64,000 nt of DNA from Actinomycetota bacterium. Its GTDB lineage: Bacteria; Actinomycetota; Actinomycetes; S36-B12; UBA10799. Positions 30,172-43,631 of this stretch are shown here, in pieces (the first letter of the stretch is position 1; the number at the start of each line of letters is the position of its first letter). The notes beneath the pieces were generated by a model. It saw only the letters and a program-made list of their open reading frames with translations. It was not told where the DNA came from and did not search any database. The translations under genes were made by a program, and so were the position numbers. The stretch spans positions 182,437-246,436 of the forward strand of contig JACJWR010000004.1 of NCBI GenBank assembly GCA_020637055.1, in the 5' to 3' direction.

Positions 30172-31022
30172 CCAGCGGCATCGGAGCACAACTCGTGGCC
30201 GCCGAAGTTGAGCCTGGGTGTGAATCGGCGCACCTCAACGACGGCAGCACCTGCGGCTTCCCGGCACCGACCACGGGGATCTTCGACCTCGATCCCTACT
30301 TCACTTACGACATCTTCGGCATCACCTTCGAGATTTCCAAGCCGGTCGTGCTGGCCGTGCTCGGTTCGGCCATCATCATCGTCTTCTTCCTGGTCGCCTT
30401 CGCCAAGCCGCGTCTGATCCCGGGCAAGGTCCAGAGCCTCGGCGAGTTGGCCTACGAGTTCATCCGCAAGGGGATCGCCCGGGAGACGATCGGTCCGGCG
30501 GGCGACAAGTGGGTGCCCCTGCTCTTCAGCCTCTTCTTCTTCGTGTTCATCATGAACATCTTCGAAGTCATCCCGGGCGCCCAATTCCCGGTGCCTTCGC
30601 GGATCGCCTTCCCGGTGTCGCTGGCTCTGCTGGTCTGGGTCATCTACATGTTCTTGGGCATGAAGCACCAGGGCCCGGTGAAGTTCTTCACGAACATGAT
30701 GTTCCCGCCCGGGCTGCCCAAGCCGATCTACGTGCTGCTGGCGCCGATCGAACTGCTGTCGAACATCATCATCCGGCCGTTCACCCTGGCGATTCGACTC
30801 TTCGCGAACATGTTCGCCGGTCACCTGCTGTTGACCATCTTCACCGTGGCGACGTTCTACCTGGCGAGCTTCTCGTTCATCGGGATCGTCGGATCGGCCA
30901 CATCGTTCGTGATGACGGTGGTGCTCACCGCCTTCGAATTGCTGATCATTACCCTGCAGGCATACATCTTCACGCTCCTGACGGCGGTGTACATCGCCGG
31001 CTCGCTCCACGCGGAGCACTAG
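30168..31022 (+). CDS. atpB: F0F1 ATP synthase subunit a
   Basis: 284 aa with the conserved region LAIRLFANMFAGHLLL (essential Arg). TTG start with ggagg 7 nt upstream. Confidence 0.95.
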   Translation: MTSGIGAQLVAAEVEPGCESAHLNDGSTCGFPAPTTGIFDLDPYFTYDIFGITFEISKPVVLAVLGSAIIIVFFLVAFAKPRLIPGKVQSLGELAYEFIRKGIARETIGPAGDKWVPLLFSLFFFVFIMNIFEVIPGAQFPVPSRIAFPVSLALLVWVIYMFLGMKHQGPVKFFTNMMFPPGLPKPIYVLLAPIELLSNIIIRPFTLAIRLFANMFAGHLLLTIFTVATFYLASFSFIGIVGSATSFVMTVVLTAFELLIITLQAYIFTLLTAVYIAGSLHAEH

Positions 31023-31085
31023 ACCGACCGTTCGACCCACAACCTCAAAGGCATGTCTCCGCGGGACGTCCGCGGGGCCGAATAA

Positions 31086-31367
<282 letters not shown>

Positions 31368-31386
31368 TCGAGCAGGTATTCAGACC

Positions 31387-31938
31387 ATGGGCGCATTGAC
31401 CACATTGCTCGCGGCGGAGGCTGAGGAATTCAACGTCCTCCGCATTCCGCTGTACGAAGTAATCATCGCGCTGGTGGCGTTCCTCATCGTTCTGCTGGTG
31501 CTGGGCAAGTTCGCGTTGCCCAAGGTGAAGCAAATCCTCGACGAGCGCGAGGAAGCCATCGCCGGCGGCATCAAGAAGGCGGAGGAAGCCCAGGCGCAGG
31601 TGGCCGAACTCAAGGAGCAGATGGAGGCTGAACTCGACGCGGCGCGTCAAGAAGCCGCCGAGATCCGTACTCAGGCCCAGGCCGACAAGGCTCAGATCAT
31701 CGAAGAAGCTCGGGTCCAAGCCCAGGCCGCGGCCAAGCAGGTCACCGATCAGGCCACCGCTGCCATCGAGGCCGACAGTGCCAAGGCGATGGCGGATCTG
31801 CGGACGTCGGTCGGTGCGATGGCGGTGGACCTCGCCGGCAAGATCGTCGGGGAGAAGCTCGCCGACGATGCCACGTCGCAACGGGTCGTCGATCGGTTCA
31901 TCTCTTCCCTTGAGGACAGCACGGCAGGACAGTCCTGA
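31387..31938 (+). CDS. atpF: F0F1 ATP synthase subunit b
   Basis: 183 aa with one N-terminal TM helix followed by a long charged coiled coil. Confidence 0.9.
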   Translation: MGALTTLLAAEAEEFNVLRIPLYEVIIALVAFLIVLLVLGKFALPKVKQILDEREEAIAGGIKKAEEAQAQVAELKEQMEAELDAARQEAAEIRTQAQADKAQIIEEARVQAQAAAKQVTDQATAAIEADSAKAMADLRTSVGAMAVDLAGKIVGEKLADDATSQRVVDRFISSLEDSTAGQS

Positions 31939-32759
31939 TGCTCGGCGCCAGTCGGATCTCCCAGCAGAATCTGCGCGAGAGCCTCGATGCCATCTACGAC
32001 GATCCCGCGCGGCGTGACTCCCTTGCGGAGGCCGGCACCGGGGTGCTGAGTGTGGTGGACGCGGCCGATCGCGAGCGTTCGTTGCGCTCGTTGTGGTCCG
32101 ACACGGCCACGGCCGACTCGGTGAAGGAAGGGGTGCTGGCGCAGCTGTTCGGCAGCCGGGTCCCCGAACTGACCACCGAGGTTGTCGGTCGGGTGATCAC
32201 CTCTCGGTGGTCGAACGCCTCGGACATGATGGACGCGATGGAGGAGAGTGCCGCCTCCCTGCTGTTCATGGCCGCCGAAGTGGCTGGCCGGCTCGACACG
32301 GTGGAGGAGGAACTCTTCCGGTTCGACCGCAGCCTTGACGCTAGCCCCGAACTGCAGATGGCCCTGAGCAATCCGGCCACTCCGCCGGAGGCGAAGGTGG
32401 CGTTGGTGCAGGATCTGCTCGACGGCAAGTCCGACCCCATCACCGAAGAGCTCCTGGTCTACCTCGCCGGGCACCTGCACGGCCGCCACATGAGCGCTGC
32501 CGTGACCCAGTTGTCCGCCTTGGCCGCCGTCAGACGTGGCCGGGTGGTGGCCGAGGTCACGTCCGCGATCGAGTTGACCGAGGAGCAGAAGTCCCGCCTG
32601 ACGACCGCCCTGAGCAACATCCAAGGGCGCCAGGTGCTCGTGAACGTCACCGTCGATCCGAACGTGATCGGCGGTATTCAGGTGCGTGTCGGCGATGAGG
32701 TCATCGACGGCACGCTCGCAACCCGTATCGAGCAGGCTCGGCGCCGGCTCACCAGCTGA
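31938..32759 (+). CDS. atpH: F0F1 ATP synthase subunit delta (long actinobacterial form)
   Basis: 273 aa with an OSCP-like C-terminal half (VNVTVDPNVIGGIQVRVGDEVIDGT). The ATG overlaps the atpF TGA. Confidence 0.9.
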   Translation: MLGASRISQQNLRESLDAIYDDPARRDSLAEAGTGVLSVVDAADRERSLRSLWSDTATADSVKEGVLAQLFGSRVPELTTEVVGRVITSRWSNASDMMDAMEESAASLLFMAAEVAGRLDTVEEELFRFDRSLDASPELQMALSNPATPPEAKVALVQDLLDGKSDPITEELLVYLAGHLHGRHMSAAVTQLSALAAVRRGRVVAEVTSAIELTEEQKSRLTTALSNIQGRQVLVNVTVDPNVIGGIQVRVGDEVIDGTLATRIEQARRRLTS

Positions 32760-32810
32760 GAATAATCCCACCGGGCCGCTCCGGCGGTCGACGAGTATGA
32801 GAGGTCCCAC

Positions 32811-34445
32811 ATGGCCGAGTTGACGATCTCCGGCGAGGAGATTCGTGAGGCGATCGCGCGCAACGTCGCCGACTTCGCCCCAGAGAACGCCCGCGAGGAG
32901 GTGGGTCGGGTTCTCGAGACCGGTGACGGTATTGCTCGGGTCGAAGGCCTGCACTCCGCGATGACCAACGAGTTGCTCGAGTTCGAGGGCGGTCTGCTCG
33001 GCCTGGCCCTGAACCTCGACGTGCGCGAGATCGGTGTCGTGCTGCTCGGCGACTCCTCGCACATCGAGGAGGGGCAGCAGGTCCGACGGACTGGCCGGGT
33101 GCTCTCGGTTCCGGTGGGCGACGGATTCCTCGGCCGGGTGGTGAACCCGCTGGGTGAGCCGATCGACGGCCTGGGCCCGATTCAATCGGAAGCCGAACGT
33201 GCACTTGAGGTTCAGGCACCGACCGTGGTGCAGCGCCAACCGGTGAAGGAGGCTTTGCTCACCGGCTGGAAAGCAGTGGACGCGATGACCGCCATCGGCC
33301 GCGGCCAGCGTCAGTTGATCATCGGCGACCGGCAGACCGGCAAGACCGTCCTGGCCCTCGACACGATCCTCAACCAGAAGTCGAACTGGGAATCCGGGGA
33401 CCCGAAGAAGCAGGTCAAGTGCATCTACGTGGCCGTCGGCCAGAAGGGTTCCACGATCGCCGCCGTGCGAGGAACCCTGGAGGAGTACGGGGCTCTGGAG
33501 TACACCACGATCGTGGCCGCCCCGGCGAGCGACAACGCGGGCTTCAAGTACCTCGCGCCCTTCACCGGATCGGCCATCGGCCAGCACTGGATGTACGAGG
33601 GTCAGAACGCGCTGATCATCTTCGACGACCTCAGTAAGCAGGCCGAGGCCTACCGTGCGGTGTCGCTGCTGCTGCGCCGGCCGCCCGGTCGAGAGGCGTA
33701 CCCGGGTGACGTGTTCTACCTGCACTCCCGGTTGCTCGAGCGCTGTGCCAAGCTCAGCGACGACATGGGTGGAGGGTCGATGACCGGTCTGCCGATCATT
33801 GAGACCAAGGCGAACGACGTTTCCGCCTACATCCCGACCAACGTCATCTCGATCACCGACGGTCAGTGCTTCCTGGAGACCGACCTGTTCAACTCCGGTG
33901 TCCGCCCCGCCATCAACGTGGGTATCTCGGTGTCCCGAGTCGGTGGGTCGGCTCAACCCAAGGCGATGCGGAAGGTTGCCGGTTCGCTCCGACTCAACCT
34001 CGCCCAGTACCGCGAGTTGGAGGCCTTCGCCGCCTTCGGATCCGACCTCGACAAGGCCTCGAAGGCGCAGTTGGAGCGCGGATCCCGGCTGGTGGAGTTG
34101 CTCAAGCAACCGCAGAACTCGCCGTTCCCCATGGAGAAGGCAGTCGTTTCGATCTGGGCCGGCACCACCGGTGAACTCGACGAGGTCCCGGTGGAGGACA
34201 TCAAGCGCTTCGAGACCGAGTTCCTCGACGATCTGGATCGAGCCCACCCCGGGGTGCTCGCCAGCATCCGCGACTCCGGCGAGTTGAGCGACGACACCGT
34301 CACGTCCCTGAAGTCGGCCCTGGCCGACTTCAAAGCCGGCTTCACCACCTCGGATGGCCACCGGCTGGTCAAGGACGAACCGGTGGAGGCGTTGCCCGAA
34401 GAAGAGATCCGCAAGACGACGATCAAGCGCCCCGTGCGGGCCTAG
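32811..34445 (+). CDS. atpA: F0F1 ATP synthase subunit alpha
   Basis: 544 aa with the P-loop GDRQTGKT and the typical alpha-subunit sequence throughout. Confidence 0.97.
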   Translation: MAELTISGEEIREAIARNVADFAPENAREEVGRVLETGDGIARVEGLHSAMTNELLEFEGGLLGLALNLDVREIGVVLLGDSSHIEEGQQVRRTGRVLSVPVGDGFLGRVVNPLGEPIDGLGPIQSEAERALEVQAPTVVQRQPVKEALLTGWKAVDAMTAIGRGQRQLIIGDRQTGKTVLALDTILNQKSNWESGDPKKQVKCIYVAVGQKGSTIAAVRGTLEEYGALEYTTIVAAPASDNAGFKYLAPFTGSAIGQHWMYEGQNALIIFDDLSKQAEAYRAVSLLLRRPPGREAYPGDVFYLHSRLLERCAKLSDDMGGGSMTGLPIIETKANDVSAYIPTNVISITDGQCFLETDLFNSGVRPAINVGISVSRVGGSAQPKAMRKVAGSLRLNLAQYRELEAFAAFGSDLDKASKAQLERGSRLVELLKQPQNSPFPMEKAVVSIWAGTTGELDEVPVEDIKRFETEFLDDLDRAHPGVLASIRDSGELSDDTVTSLKSALADFKAGFTTSDGHRLVKDEPVEALPEEEIRKTTIKRPVRA

Positions 34446-34459
34446 GGAGAGCAGGAAGT

Positions 34460-36888
<2,429 letters not shown>

Positions 36889-36910
36889 CGACCCGCGGGA
36901 GTGACTGATC

Positions 36911-37318
36911 ATGGCCGAATTGACCGTTCGCCTGGTGGCGACCGATAAGCAGGTCTACACCGGGCAGGCCTCCCTGGTGGTGTTCGAAACCGTGGACGGC
37001 CAGATGGGCATCATGCCGGCGCACTCACCGATGATGGCCATCCTGCGGGACGCCCCGGTCCTGATCCGGACGGTTGACAACGGTGATCTCTACGCCGCCG
37101 TGCACGGAGGTTTCGTCACCGTCGACGGCAACACCGTGATCATTCTCGCGGAGTCCGCGGAACTCGCCCACGACATCGACACCGACATCGAGAAGCGGGT
37201 CGAAGCCGAGATCGGCACTCCGGCCGACGATGACGAGGCGTCGAAGGCGCGGCTCAAGCGTGCCCAGGTGCGCTTGAGTGTGGCGGCGAAGTCCACCACC
37301 ACAACCGGCCTGCGGTAG
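36911..37318 (+). CDS. atpC: F0F1 ATP synthase subunit epsilon
   Basis: 135 aa with a beta-sandwich N-terminal part plus a helical C-terminal part. It is the last gene of the operon. Confidence 0.92.
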   Translation: MAELTVRLVATDKQVYTGQASLVVFETVDGQMGIMPAHSPMMAILRDAPVLIRTVDNGDLYAAVHGGFVTVDGNTVIILAESAELAHDIDTDIEKRVEAEIGTPADDDEASKARLKRAQVRLSVAAKSTTTTGLR

Positions 37319-37338
37319 CTCAATCCAGTACAAGCGAT

Positions 37339-37372
37339 CGCGGCCCCGCACCTGATGAGGTGCGGGGCCGCG
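37339..37372. terminator. bidirectional hairpin terminator after atpC / after the convergent adenosyltransferase gene
   Basis: Perfect 14-bp GC-rich stem cgcggccccgcacc / ggtgcggggccgcg with a 6-nt loop tgatga, located in the 79-nt gap between convergent genes. Confidence 0.7.
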
Positions 37373-37397
37373 GTGTTCGATCGGTTGTCGCTTGCGG

Positions 37398-37985
37398 CTA
37401 CTCCGGTTTGCCGCCCTGCTCACGACCCGGCTCCCAGAGCACGTCACCGTGGTCCTTGTTCGCGGTCCGGCACAGGATGAACAGCAGATCGGACAACCGG
37501 TTGAGGTACTGAGCCGGCAGTGGATTCATGCTGGGGCCGTGTTCGTGGACCGCCTGCCAGGTGGTGCGCTCCGCCCGCCGCACGATCGTACGAGTCACGT
37601 GGAGCAACGCCGCCCCGGGCGTACCACCGGGGAGGATGAACGAGCGCAACGGCTCCAGTTCGCCGTTGTAGGTGTCGCAGGCGGCTTCGAGTCGGTTGAT
37701 GTAGTCCTGCGTCACGCGCAGTGGGGGATACGCCGGGTTGGGCACCACCGGCGTCGCCAGATCGGCTCCGACGTCGAAGAGGTCGTTCTGGATCGAATGC
37801 AGCAGCGCGACCATGTCCTCGGGCAAGTCGCCGAGCGCGATCGCGACTCCGATCGAGGCGTTCGCCTCGTCCACATCGGCGTACGCCGCCAACCTCGAAT
37901 CCGTCTTCGACGTCCGGCTCATGTCCGCCAGCGCGGTGGAGCCATCGTCGCCGGTTCGGGTGTAGATGCGCGTCAAGTTCACCAT
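37398..37985 (-). CDS. ATP:cob(I)alamin adenosyltransferase, PduO type
   Basis: 195 aa with the N-terminus IYTRTGDDGSTAL characteristic of PduO-type ATR, followed by a helical bundle. Confidence 0.9.
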   Translation of the reverse strand: MVNLTRIYTRTGDDGSTALADMSRTSKTDSRLAAYADVDEANASIGVAIALGDLPEDMVALLHSIQNDLFDVGADLATPVVPNPAYPPLRVTQDYINRLEAACDTYNGELEPLRSFILPGGTPGAALLHVTRTIVRRAERTTWQAVHEHGPSMNPLPAQYLNRLSDLLFILCRTANKDHGDVLWEPGREQGGKPE

Positions 37986-38068
37986 GGTTTCACCCTAGGG
38001 CACCATGGGACTTCCGACACGGGGAGCAACCGGGTCTGCCGGGCGTGGGATGTGGGTAGCATGACCGC

Positions 38069-39349
38069 GTGGAAGCGTTCTTGGTCACCGGCGGGAACCG
38101 GCTCGAAGGCAGCGTCGAGGTGCCCGGTGCCAAGAACTCCGTGCTCAAACTCATGGCCGCCGCACTCTTGGCGCAGGGAAAGACAACGATCACCCACGTG
38201 CCGGAGATCCTCGACGTCGAGATCATGGCTGAGCTGCTGCGGCGTCTTGGTGCCGACGTCGTCTACCGGCCGCTGGAGGGCGAACTCGTCATCGACGTGC
38301 CGGAAGTGGTGGGCCACAAGGCCGACTACGACTTGGTCCGCCGGATGCGTGCAAGCATCGCCGTCCTCGGACCGCTCATCGCGCGGGCAGGTGTGGCCGA
38401 TGTGGCCCTACCGGGCGGTGATGCCATCGGATCCCGCGGGCTGGACATGCACATCGAAGGCCTGCAGCGCATGGGCGCCGAATTCGGCAGCGAACACGGC
38501 TTCTTGATCGCGCACGCCGAAGGTGGACTGCACGGCGCCCAGATCTGGCTGGACTTCCCCAGCGTGGGCGCCACCGAGAACCTGGTGATGGCGGCGGTGC
38601 TGGCGAAGGGCACCACTGTGATCGACAACGCGGCCAGAGAACCCGAGATCGTGGATCTGTGCCACATGCTGGGCAAGATGGGAGCCCACATCGAAGGGGT
38701 CGGATCGTCGACGTTGACGATCCACGGGGTGGAATCGCTCCAACCCACCACCCACGCGACGGTGGCCGACCGGATCGTGGCCGGAACCTGGGCGACGATG
38801 GCGGCGATCACCATGGGCGACATCGCGATCGACTACGCGGCCACCGAACACCTCGAGATCGCACTCGACAAACTGATCACCGCCGGTGCCACGGTCGAGC
38901 AAACCGGCCGCGGCTTCCGGGTGCGGATGGAACGTCGGCCGAAGGCGGTCGACATCGTGACCTTGCCCTACCCCGGATTCCCCACCGACCTGCAGCCGCA
39001 GTTCATCGCGCTCAACGCGGTCGCCGACGGCGTCTCCATGGTCACCGAGAACCTGTTCGAAGCGCGCTTTCGCTTCGTCAACGAACTCTCCCGTCTCGGT
39101 GCGAACGTCCGCACCGATGGTCACCACGCCTTCATCAAGGGCCGCAAACGACTCTCCGGTGCCCCGGTGGAGGCAACCGATGTGCGAGCCGGCGCCGGTC
39201 TGGTGATGGCGGGTCTCGTGGCGGAGGGCGTCACGACGGTGCTCGACGTGCATCACATCGACCGCGGCTACGCCCGATTCACCGACTTGCTCACCGGACT
39301 CGGAGGCAAGATCGAACGCGTCGACGCCGACGCCTTGGCGCCCGCGTAG
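38069..39349 (+). CDS. murA: UDP-N-acetylglucosamine 1-carboxyvinyltransferase
   Basis: 426 aa with [15 protein letters not shown], an active-site loop carrying Asp in place of Cys ([15 protein letters not shown], as in other actinobacteria) and the typical C-terminal half. GTG start. Confidence 0.94.
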   Translation: MEAFLVTGGNRLEGSVEVPGAKNSVLKLMAAALLAQGKTTITHVPEILDVEIMAELLRRLGADVVYRPLEGELVIDVPEVVGHKADYDLVRRMRASIAVLGPLIARAGVADVALPGGDAIGSRGLDMHIEGLQRMGAEFGSEHGFLIAHAEGGLHGAQIWLDFPSVGATENLVMAAVLAKGTTVIDNAAREPEIVDLCHMLGKMGAHIEGVGSSTLTIHGVESLQPTTHATVADRIVAGTWATMAAITMGDIAIDYAATEHLEIALDKLITAGATVEQTGRGFRVRMERRPKAVDIVTLPYPGFPTDLQPQFIALNAVADGVSMVTENLFEARFRFVNELSRLGANVRTDGHHAFIKGRKRLSGAPVEATDVRAGAGLVMAGLVAEGVTTVLDVHHIDRGYARFTDLLTGLGGKIERVDADALAPA

Positions 39350-39360
39350 CGAGCATTCCG

Positions 39361-39729
39361 CTAGTGTCCGATCACCGCGCGGGCCTTGTGCTCGTCGCCG
39401 GGCCACACCATCACCCGGGGACCGTCGAGCGTCTGCACCAGGGTGGCCTTCACGCCGGCTGACGCCAGCGTCTGGCGTTGGATCTCACCCTCGATGTAGG
39501 ACTCCGGCCGGCTGACCACCACCAGCAGACCGTAGTCCGTCTCCGTGCTCGGTTCCGGAGCCGCCGCGACCACCGAGGACCCCCGCTTCGAGGACCAACG
39601 CAGGATCAATACGAAGACCCCGATCGCGGCCAAGGCGACGAGCGGGCCGAAGAAGTACGAATAGGACTGCCAAGCGGGCACGAAGACAGTGTGTACCCGC
39701 GACGACGGGCACGCCAGGCGGTACCGCAT
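39361..39729 (-). CDS. hypothetical single-pass membrane protein
   Basis: From ATG 39729 the product is 122 aa with one TM helix (YFFGPLVALAAIGVFVLIL) and a small soluble C-terminal domain. No motif was recognised. It is convergent with murA, with only an 11-nt gap. Confidence 0.4.
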   Translation of the reverse strand: MRYRLACPSSRVHTVFVPAWQSYSYFFGPLVALAAIGVFVLILRWSSKRGSSVVAAAPEPSTETDYGLLVVVSRPESYIEGEIQRQTLASAGVKATLVQTLDGPRVMVWPGDEHKARAVIGH

Positions 39730-39858
39730 GTGTGCGGAAGCCGCTGCGGTGCGTCCGGGCGCCACCTGGACTCCTGCCCGCCCGATGTCTTGGTTACTCT
39801 TCAGTAGGTAGTGGGAATCTTCAATTGCCTACCCATTTCCCGCGAGGAAGGGCCAGAT

Positions 39859-40707
39859 ATGAGCGCGGTCACCATTGTCGGAGCCGGTCTGATGGGTGCT
39901 GGAATCGCCCAGGTGGCCGCCAGCGCGGGCTACGACGTGATTCTGGTCGATACCGCCGAGGCGTCGCTGACGAAGGCAGTCGACCAGATCAGCGGTTCAC
40001 TGGCGAAGTTCGCCGCCAAGGGCCGACTCACCGAAGGCGAGCGCGACGCGGCGCTGGATCGCATCACCACCACCACCGACCTCCACGCCGCCGACTCCAG
40101 CGACCTCATCGTGGAGGCCGTGTTCGAGAACGTGGAGGTCAAGAAGGAGATCTTCGTCGCACTCGACGCGATCGCCAAACCCGATGCTGTCCTGGCGACC
40201 AACACCTCGGCCATTCCGATCACCACCATCGCGGCCGTGACGTCGCGGCCCGAGGCGGTCGTCGGAACCCACTTCTTCTCTCCGGTGCCGATGATGAAGC
40301 TCTGCGAGCTGGTGCGCGGCTACAAGACCTCCGACGACACCCTGGCCAAGGCCCGGGAGTTCGCCGAGAACGTCGGCAAGACCGTGATCGTGGTGAACCG
40401 CGACGTGGCCGGGTTCGTCACCACGCGACTCATCTCAGCGCTCGCGATGGAGGCGGCCGCGCTCGTTGAGGCCGGCGTGGCCAGCGCCGAAGACGTCGAC
40501 ATCGCCTGTCGACTGGGCTTCGGCCACGCCATGGGCCCGCTCCAGACCGCCGACCTGACCGGCGTCGACATCCTCACCAACGCCAGCTTGAACATCTACG
40601 CCGACACCCAGGACGAGAAGTTCGCACCGCCGGAGTTGCTGCGCCGGATGGTCGTGGCCGGCGACCTCGGCCAGAAGTCCGGCAAGGGCTTCTACACCTA
40701 CAACTGA
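39859..40707 (+). CDS. hbd: 3-hydroxybutyryl-CoA dehydrogenase (NAD-dependent, short-chain HAD family)
   Basis: 282 aa from ATG 39859 (gaggaag upstream). It has the Rossmann motif VGAGLMGAGIA, NTSAIPIT and HFFSPVPMMKL. Confidence 0.88.
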   Translation: MSAVTIVGAGLMGAGIAQVAASAGYDVILVDTAEASLTKAVDQISGSLAKFAAKGRLTEGERDAALDRITTTTDLHAADSSDLIVEAVFENVEVKKEIFVALDAIAKPDAVLATNTSAIPITTIAAVTSRPEAVVGTHFFSPVPMMKLCELVRGYKTSDDTLAKAREFAENVGKTVIVVNRDVAGFVTTRLISALAMEAAALVEAGVASAEDVDIACRLGFGHAMGPLQTADLTGVDILTNASLNIYADTQDEKFAPPELLRRMVVAGDLGQKSGKGFYTYN

Positions 40708-40766
40708 CGTTTCCCAGCACCAGTCACCAGTCGCGCACCCGGGGCGCGGGCGAGGAGGAATCTGCG

Positions 40767-42764
40767 ATGACCGATCGGAAGAAGGACCGGCCGTGGTTGA
40801 TGCGCACCTACGCGGGTCACTCGTCTGCGGCGAAGTCCAACGAGCTCTACCGCCGTAACCTCGCGAAAGGCCAGACGGGGCTTTCCGTCGCCTTCGATCT
40901 GCCCACCCAGACCGGCTACGACCCGGACAGCGCGCTGGCCCGCGGTGAGGTCGGCAAGGTTGGCGTTCCGATCCCTCACCTCGGCGAGATGCGAACGCTC
41001 TTCGATCAGATCCCGATCGAAGAGATGAACACCTCGATGACGATCAATGCCACCGCGATGTGGCTGCTCGCGCTCTACATTGCAGCGGCGGAAGAACAGG
41101 GCGCCGATATCTCGCTGCTCGCCGGGACCACCCAGAACGACATCGTCAAGGAGTATCTCAGCCGCGGGACCTACATCTTTCCCCCCGGCCCGTCTCGACG
41201 TTTGATCGTCGACATGGTCACCTACACCGTGTCCAATGTCCCCAAATGGAACCCGATCAACATCTGCTCCTATCACCTCCAAGAGGCTGGGGCGACCCCA
41301 ACCCAAGAGATCGCATACGCGCTCGCGACCGCTATTGGAGTCCTCGATGCCGTTCGCGAATCGGGCACGATCAGCGATGAGATGTTTCCTCAGGTCGTGG
41401 GGCGAATCTCCTTCTTTGTCAACGCGGGAATCCGGTTCGTCGAGGAAATGTGCAAAATGCGGGCATTCACCCAGATGTGGGACCGCATCACCGCAGATCG
41501 TTATGGCGTGACCGATCCGAAGCTGCGGCGTTTCCGCTACGGCGTCCAGGTCAACTCATTGGGGTTGACCGAATCACAGCCTGAGAACAATGTGCAGCGC
41601 ATCGTCTTGGAGATGCTGGGCGTCACGCTGAGCAAAGACGCCCGGGCACGCGCTATCCAGCTTCCGGCGTGGAACGAAGCTCTCGGCCTGCCTCGGCCGT
41701 GGGATCAGCAGTGGTCGCTGCGGATCCAGCAAGTGCTGGCCTACGAGTCGGATCTGTTGGAGTACGACGACATCTTCGCCGGATCCACGGTGGTGGAGGC
41801 CAAGGTCGCAGACCTCGTCTCGGCGGCTCGAGAGGAGATCGACCGGGTGGCGGCGATGGGCGGCGCGGTGGCCGCCGTCGAGTCGGGCTACATGAAGCAG
41901 CAGTTGGTGGCCTCACACGCCGAACGTCGGGCGCGGATCGAAGCCGGCGAGGACCTGGTGGTCGGACTGAACAAGTTCACCACCAGCGAGGACAATCCGC
42001 TGCTGGCCGATCTGGACACCGCGATCCAAACGGTGGATCCAGCGGTCGAAGCGCAGGCGGTGGCCGACGTGCGTCGCTGGCGTGCAGACCGCGACGAGGC
42101 CGCGGTCGCGGCTGCGCTGACCGAACTCAAGGCGGTCGCTGCGACCGATGAGAATCTGATGGCTGCCACCTTGGCGTGCGCCCGCGCCGGCGTGACCACC
42201 GGCGAGTGGGCACAGGCACTGCGCGAGGTATTCGGGGAGTACCGCGCGCCCACCGGCGTCGCCGGTGTCACCGGTGTGCACGAGCCCGACGAGTCGCTCC
42301 TGCGGGTTCGGGAGGCGGTGCGTGAGACCGGCGAGCAACTCGGTGGCAAGGTGCGTTTCCTGGTGGGCAAGCCCGGTTTGGACGGGCACTCGAACGGCGC
42401 CGAGCAGATCGCGGTGCGAGCGCGCGACGCCGGCTTCGAGGTGGTCTACCAGGGCATCCGGCTGACCCCGGAGCAGATCGTGGCCGCGGCGGTGGAAGAG
42501 GACGCCGACGTGGTGGGGCTGTCGATCCTGTCCGGTTCGCACATGGAACTGGTGCCACAGGTCGTGGCCGGTTTGACCGAAGCGGGACTCGACGACGTTC
42601 CGGTTGTGGTCGGCGGCATCATCCCGGAGTCGGATGCGGCTGCCTTGCGGGACGCAGGGGTGGCCGAGGTGTTCACACCCAAGGACTACGACGCCAACGC
42701 GATCATGCTCAAGGTCGTCGGCAGCGTGCGCCGGGCCCATCACCTCGAGCCGCTGGGTGTCTGA
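40767..42764 (+). CDS. ecm: B12-dependent acyl-CoA mutase with fused cobalamin-binding domain, ethylmalonyl-CoA mutase (Ecm/MeaA)-like
   Basis: 665 aa. The TIM-barrel mutase domain has LMRTYAGHSSA and NDIVKEYLSRGTYIFPP, the Ecm-type variants of the MCM substrate motifs. The C-terminal Rossmann domain has the DxHxxG motif (LDGHSNG). gaggagg lies upstream of the ATG. Confidence 0.8.
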   Translation: MTDRKKDRPWLMRTYAGHSSAAKSNELYRRNLAKGQTGLSVAFDLPTQTGYDPDSALARGEVGKVGVPIPHLGEMRTLFDQIPIEEMNTSMTINATAMWLLALYIAAAEEQGADISLLAGTTQNDIVKEYLSRGTYIFPPGPSRRLIVDMVTYTVSNVPKWNPINICSYHLQEAGATPTQEIAYALATAIGVLDAVRESGTISDEMFPQVVGRISFFVNAGIRFVEEMCKMRAFTQMWDRITADRYGVTDPKLRRFRYGVQVNSLGLTESQPENNVQRIVLEMLGVTLSKDARARAIQLPAWNEALGLPRPWDQQWSLRIQQVLAYESDLLEYDDIFAGSTVVEAKVADLVSAAREEIDRVAAMGGAVAAVESGYMKQQLVASHAERRARIEAGEDLVVGLNKFTTSEDNPLLADLDTAIQTVDPAVEAQAVADVRRWRADRDEAAVAAALTELKAVAATDENLMAATLACARAGVTTGEWAQALREVFGEYRAPTGVAGVTGVHEPDESLLRVREAVRETGEQLGGKVRFLVGKPGLDGHSNGAEQIAVRARDAGFEVVYQGIRLTPEQIVAAAVEEDADVVGLSILSGSHMELVPQVVAGLTEAGLDDVPVVVGGIIPESDAAALRDAGVAEVFTPKDYDANAIMLKVVGSVRRAHHLEPLGV

Positions 42765-42812
42765 GCCGGCGATGCCACTGCGTGAGTTTCCGTCGGCCTT
42801 TATGGGGCGTAG

Positions 42813-43511
42813 ATGCGACTGGTGATCGCCGACTGCCAAGTCGACTACGCGGGTCGATTGGCCGCACACCTGCCGATGGCTACCCGGCTGATCCTGCTGA
42901 AGGCCGACGGTTCGGTTTCGGTTCACGCCGACGATCGCGCCTACAAGCCGCTGAACTGGATGAGCCCGCCCTGCACGCTGACGATCGAAGCAGCACCTGC
43001 CGCCGAGGAACCGTCGGCACCGGCTTTCGATGAGATCTGGCGGGTGGTGAACAAGGCCGGCGAGGAGTTGCGCATCAGCATCGCCGGGGTCCACACCGAC
43101 GTCGAGGTCGAACTCGGACCCGACCCCGGCCTGATCAAGGACGGCGTTGAGGCCCACCTGCAGGAACTGCTCGCCGTGCAGGTGCACACCCTGGGGGAGG
43201 GGTGGCAACTCGTGCGGCGGGAATACCCCACGGCGATCGGCCCGGTCGACCTGCTCTGCCGGGATCGGCACGGGGCCTCGGTTGCGGTCGAGATCAAGCG
43301 CCGCGGCGAGATCGACGGCGTCGAACAGTTGACGAGGTACCTCGAACTGCTCAACCGTGATCCGCTCTTGGCGCCGGTCAGCGGCGTATTCGCAGCCCAG
43401 GAGATCAAGCCGCAGGCGCGCACCTTGGCGCAGGATCGGGGGATCCGCTGCGTCGTGCTCGATTACGACGCGCTGCGCGGCATGGACGACCCGACGCTGA
43501 GGCTGTTCTAG
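42813..43511 (+). CDS. nucS: endonuclease NucS (EndoMS), mismatch-specific
   Basis: 232 aa with the N-terminus [14 protein letters not shown] and a C-terminal PD-(D/E)xK domain (GPVDLLCRD...[17 protein letters not shown]). Confidence 0.93.
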   Translation: MRLVIADCQVDYAGRLAAHLPMATRLILLKADGSVSVHADDRAYKPLNWMSPPCTLTIEAAPAAEEPSAPAFDEIWRVVNKAGEELRISIAGVHTDVEVELGPDPGLIKDGVEAHLQELLAVQVHTLGEGWQLVRREYPTAIGPVDLLCRDRHGASVAVEIKRRGEIDGVEQLTRYLELLNRDPLLAPVSGVFAAQEIKPQARTLAQDRGIRCVVLDYDALRGMDDPTLRLF

Positions 43512-43631
43512 CGCCTCCGTCGCCCGGGGGGTCGTGGCCCCGGTATCAGTTGGTGATGAAACACTGCAGGTAGGCGTCCGGAAAGTCCGGGCAAGGTGTA
43601 GCAGAACAGTCCGCGTTGGAGGCATAGAACG

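Noticed and set aside
31749-34361. 870-aa minus-strand ORF across atpF-atpH-atpA
   Set aside because: It is a shadow ORF antisense to the ATP synthase genes, for the same reasons.
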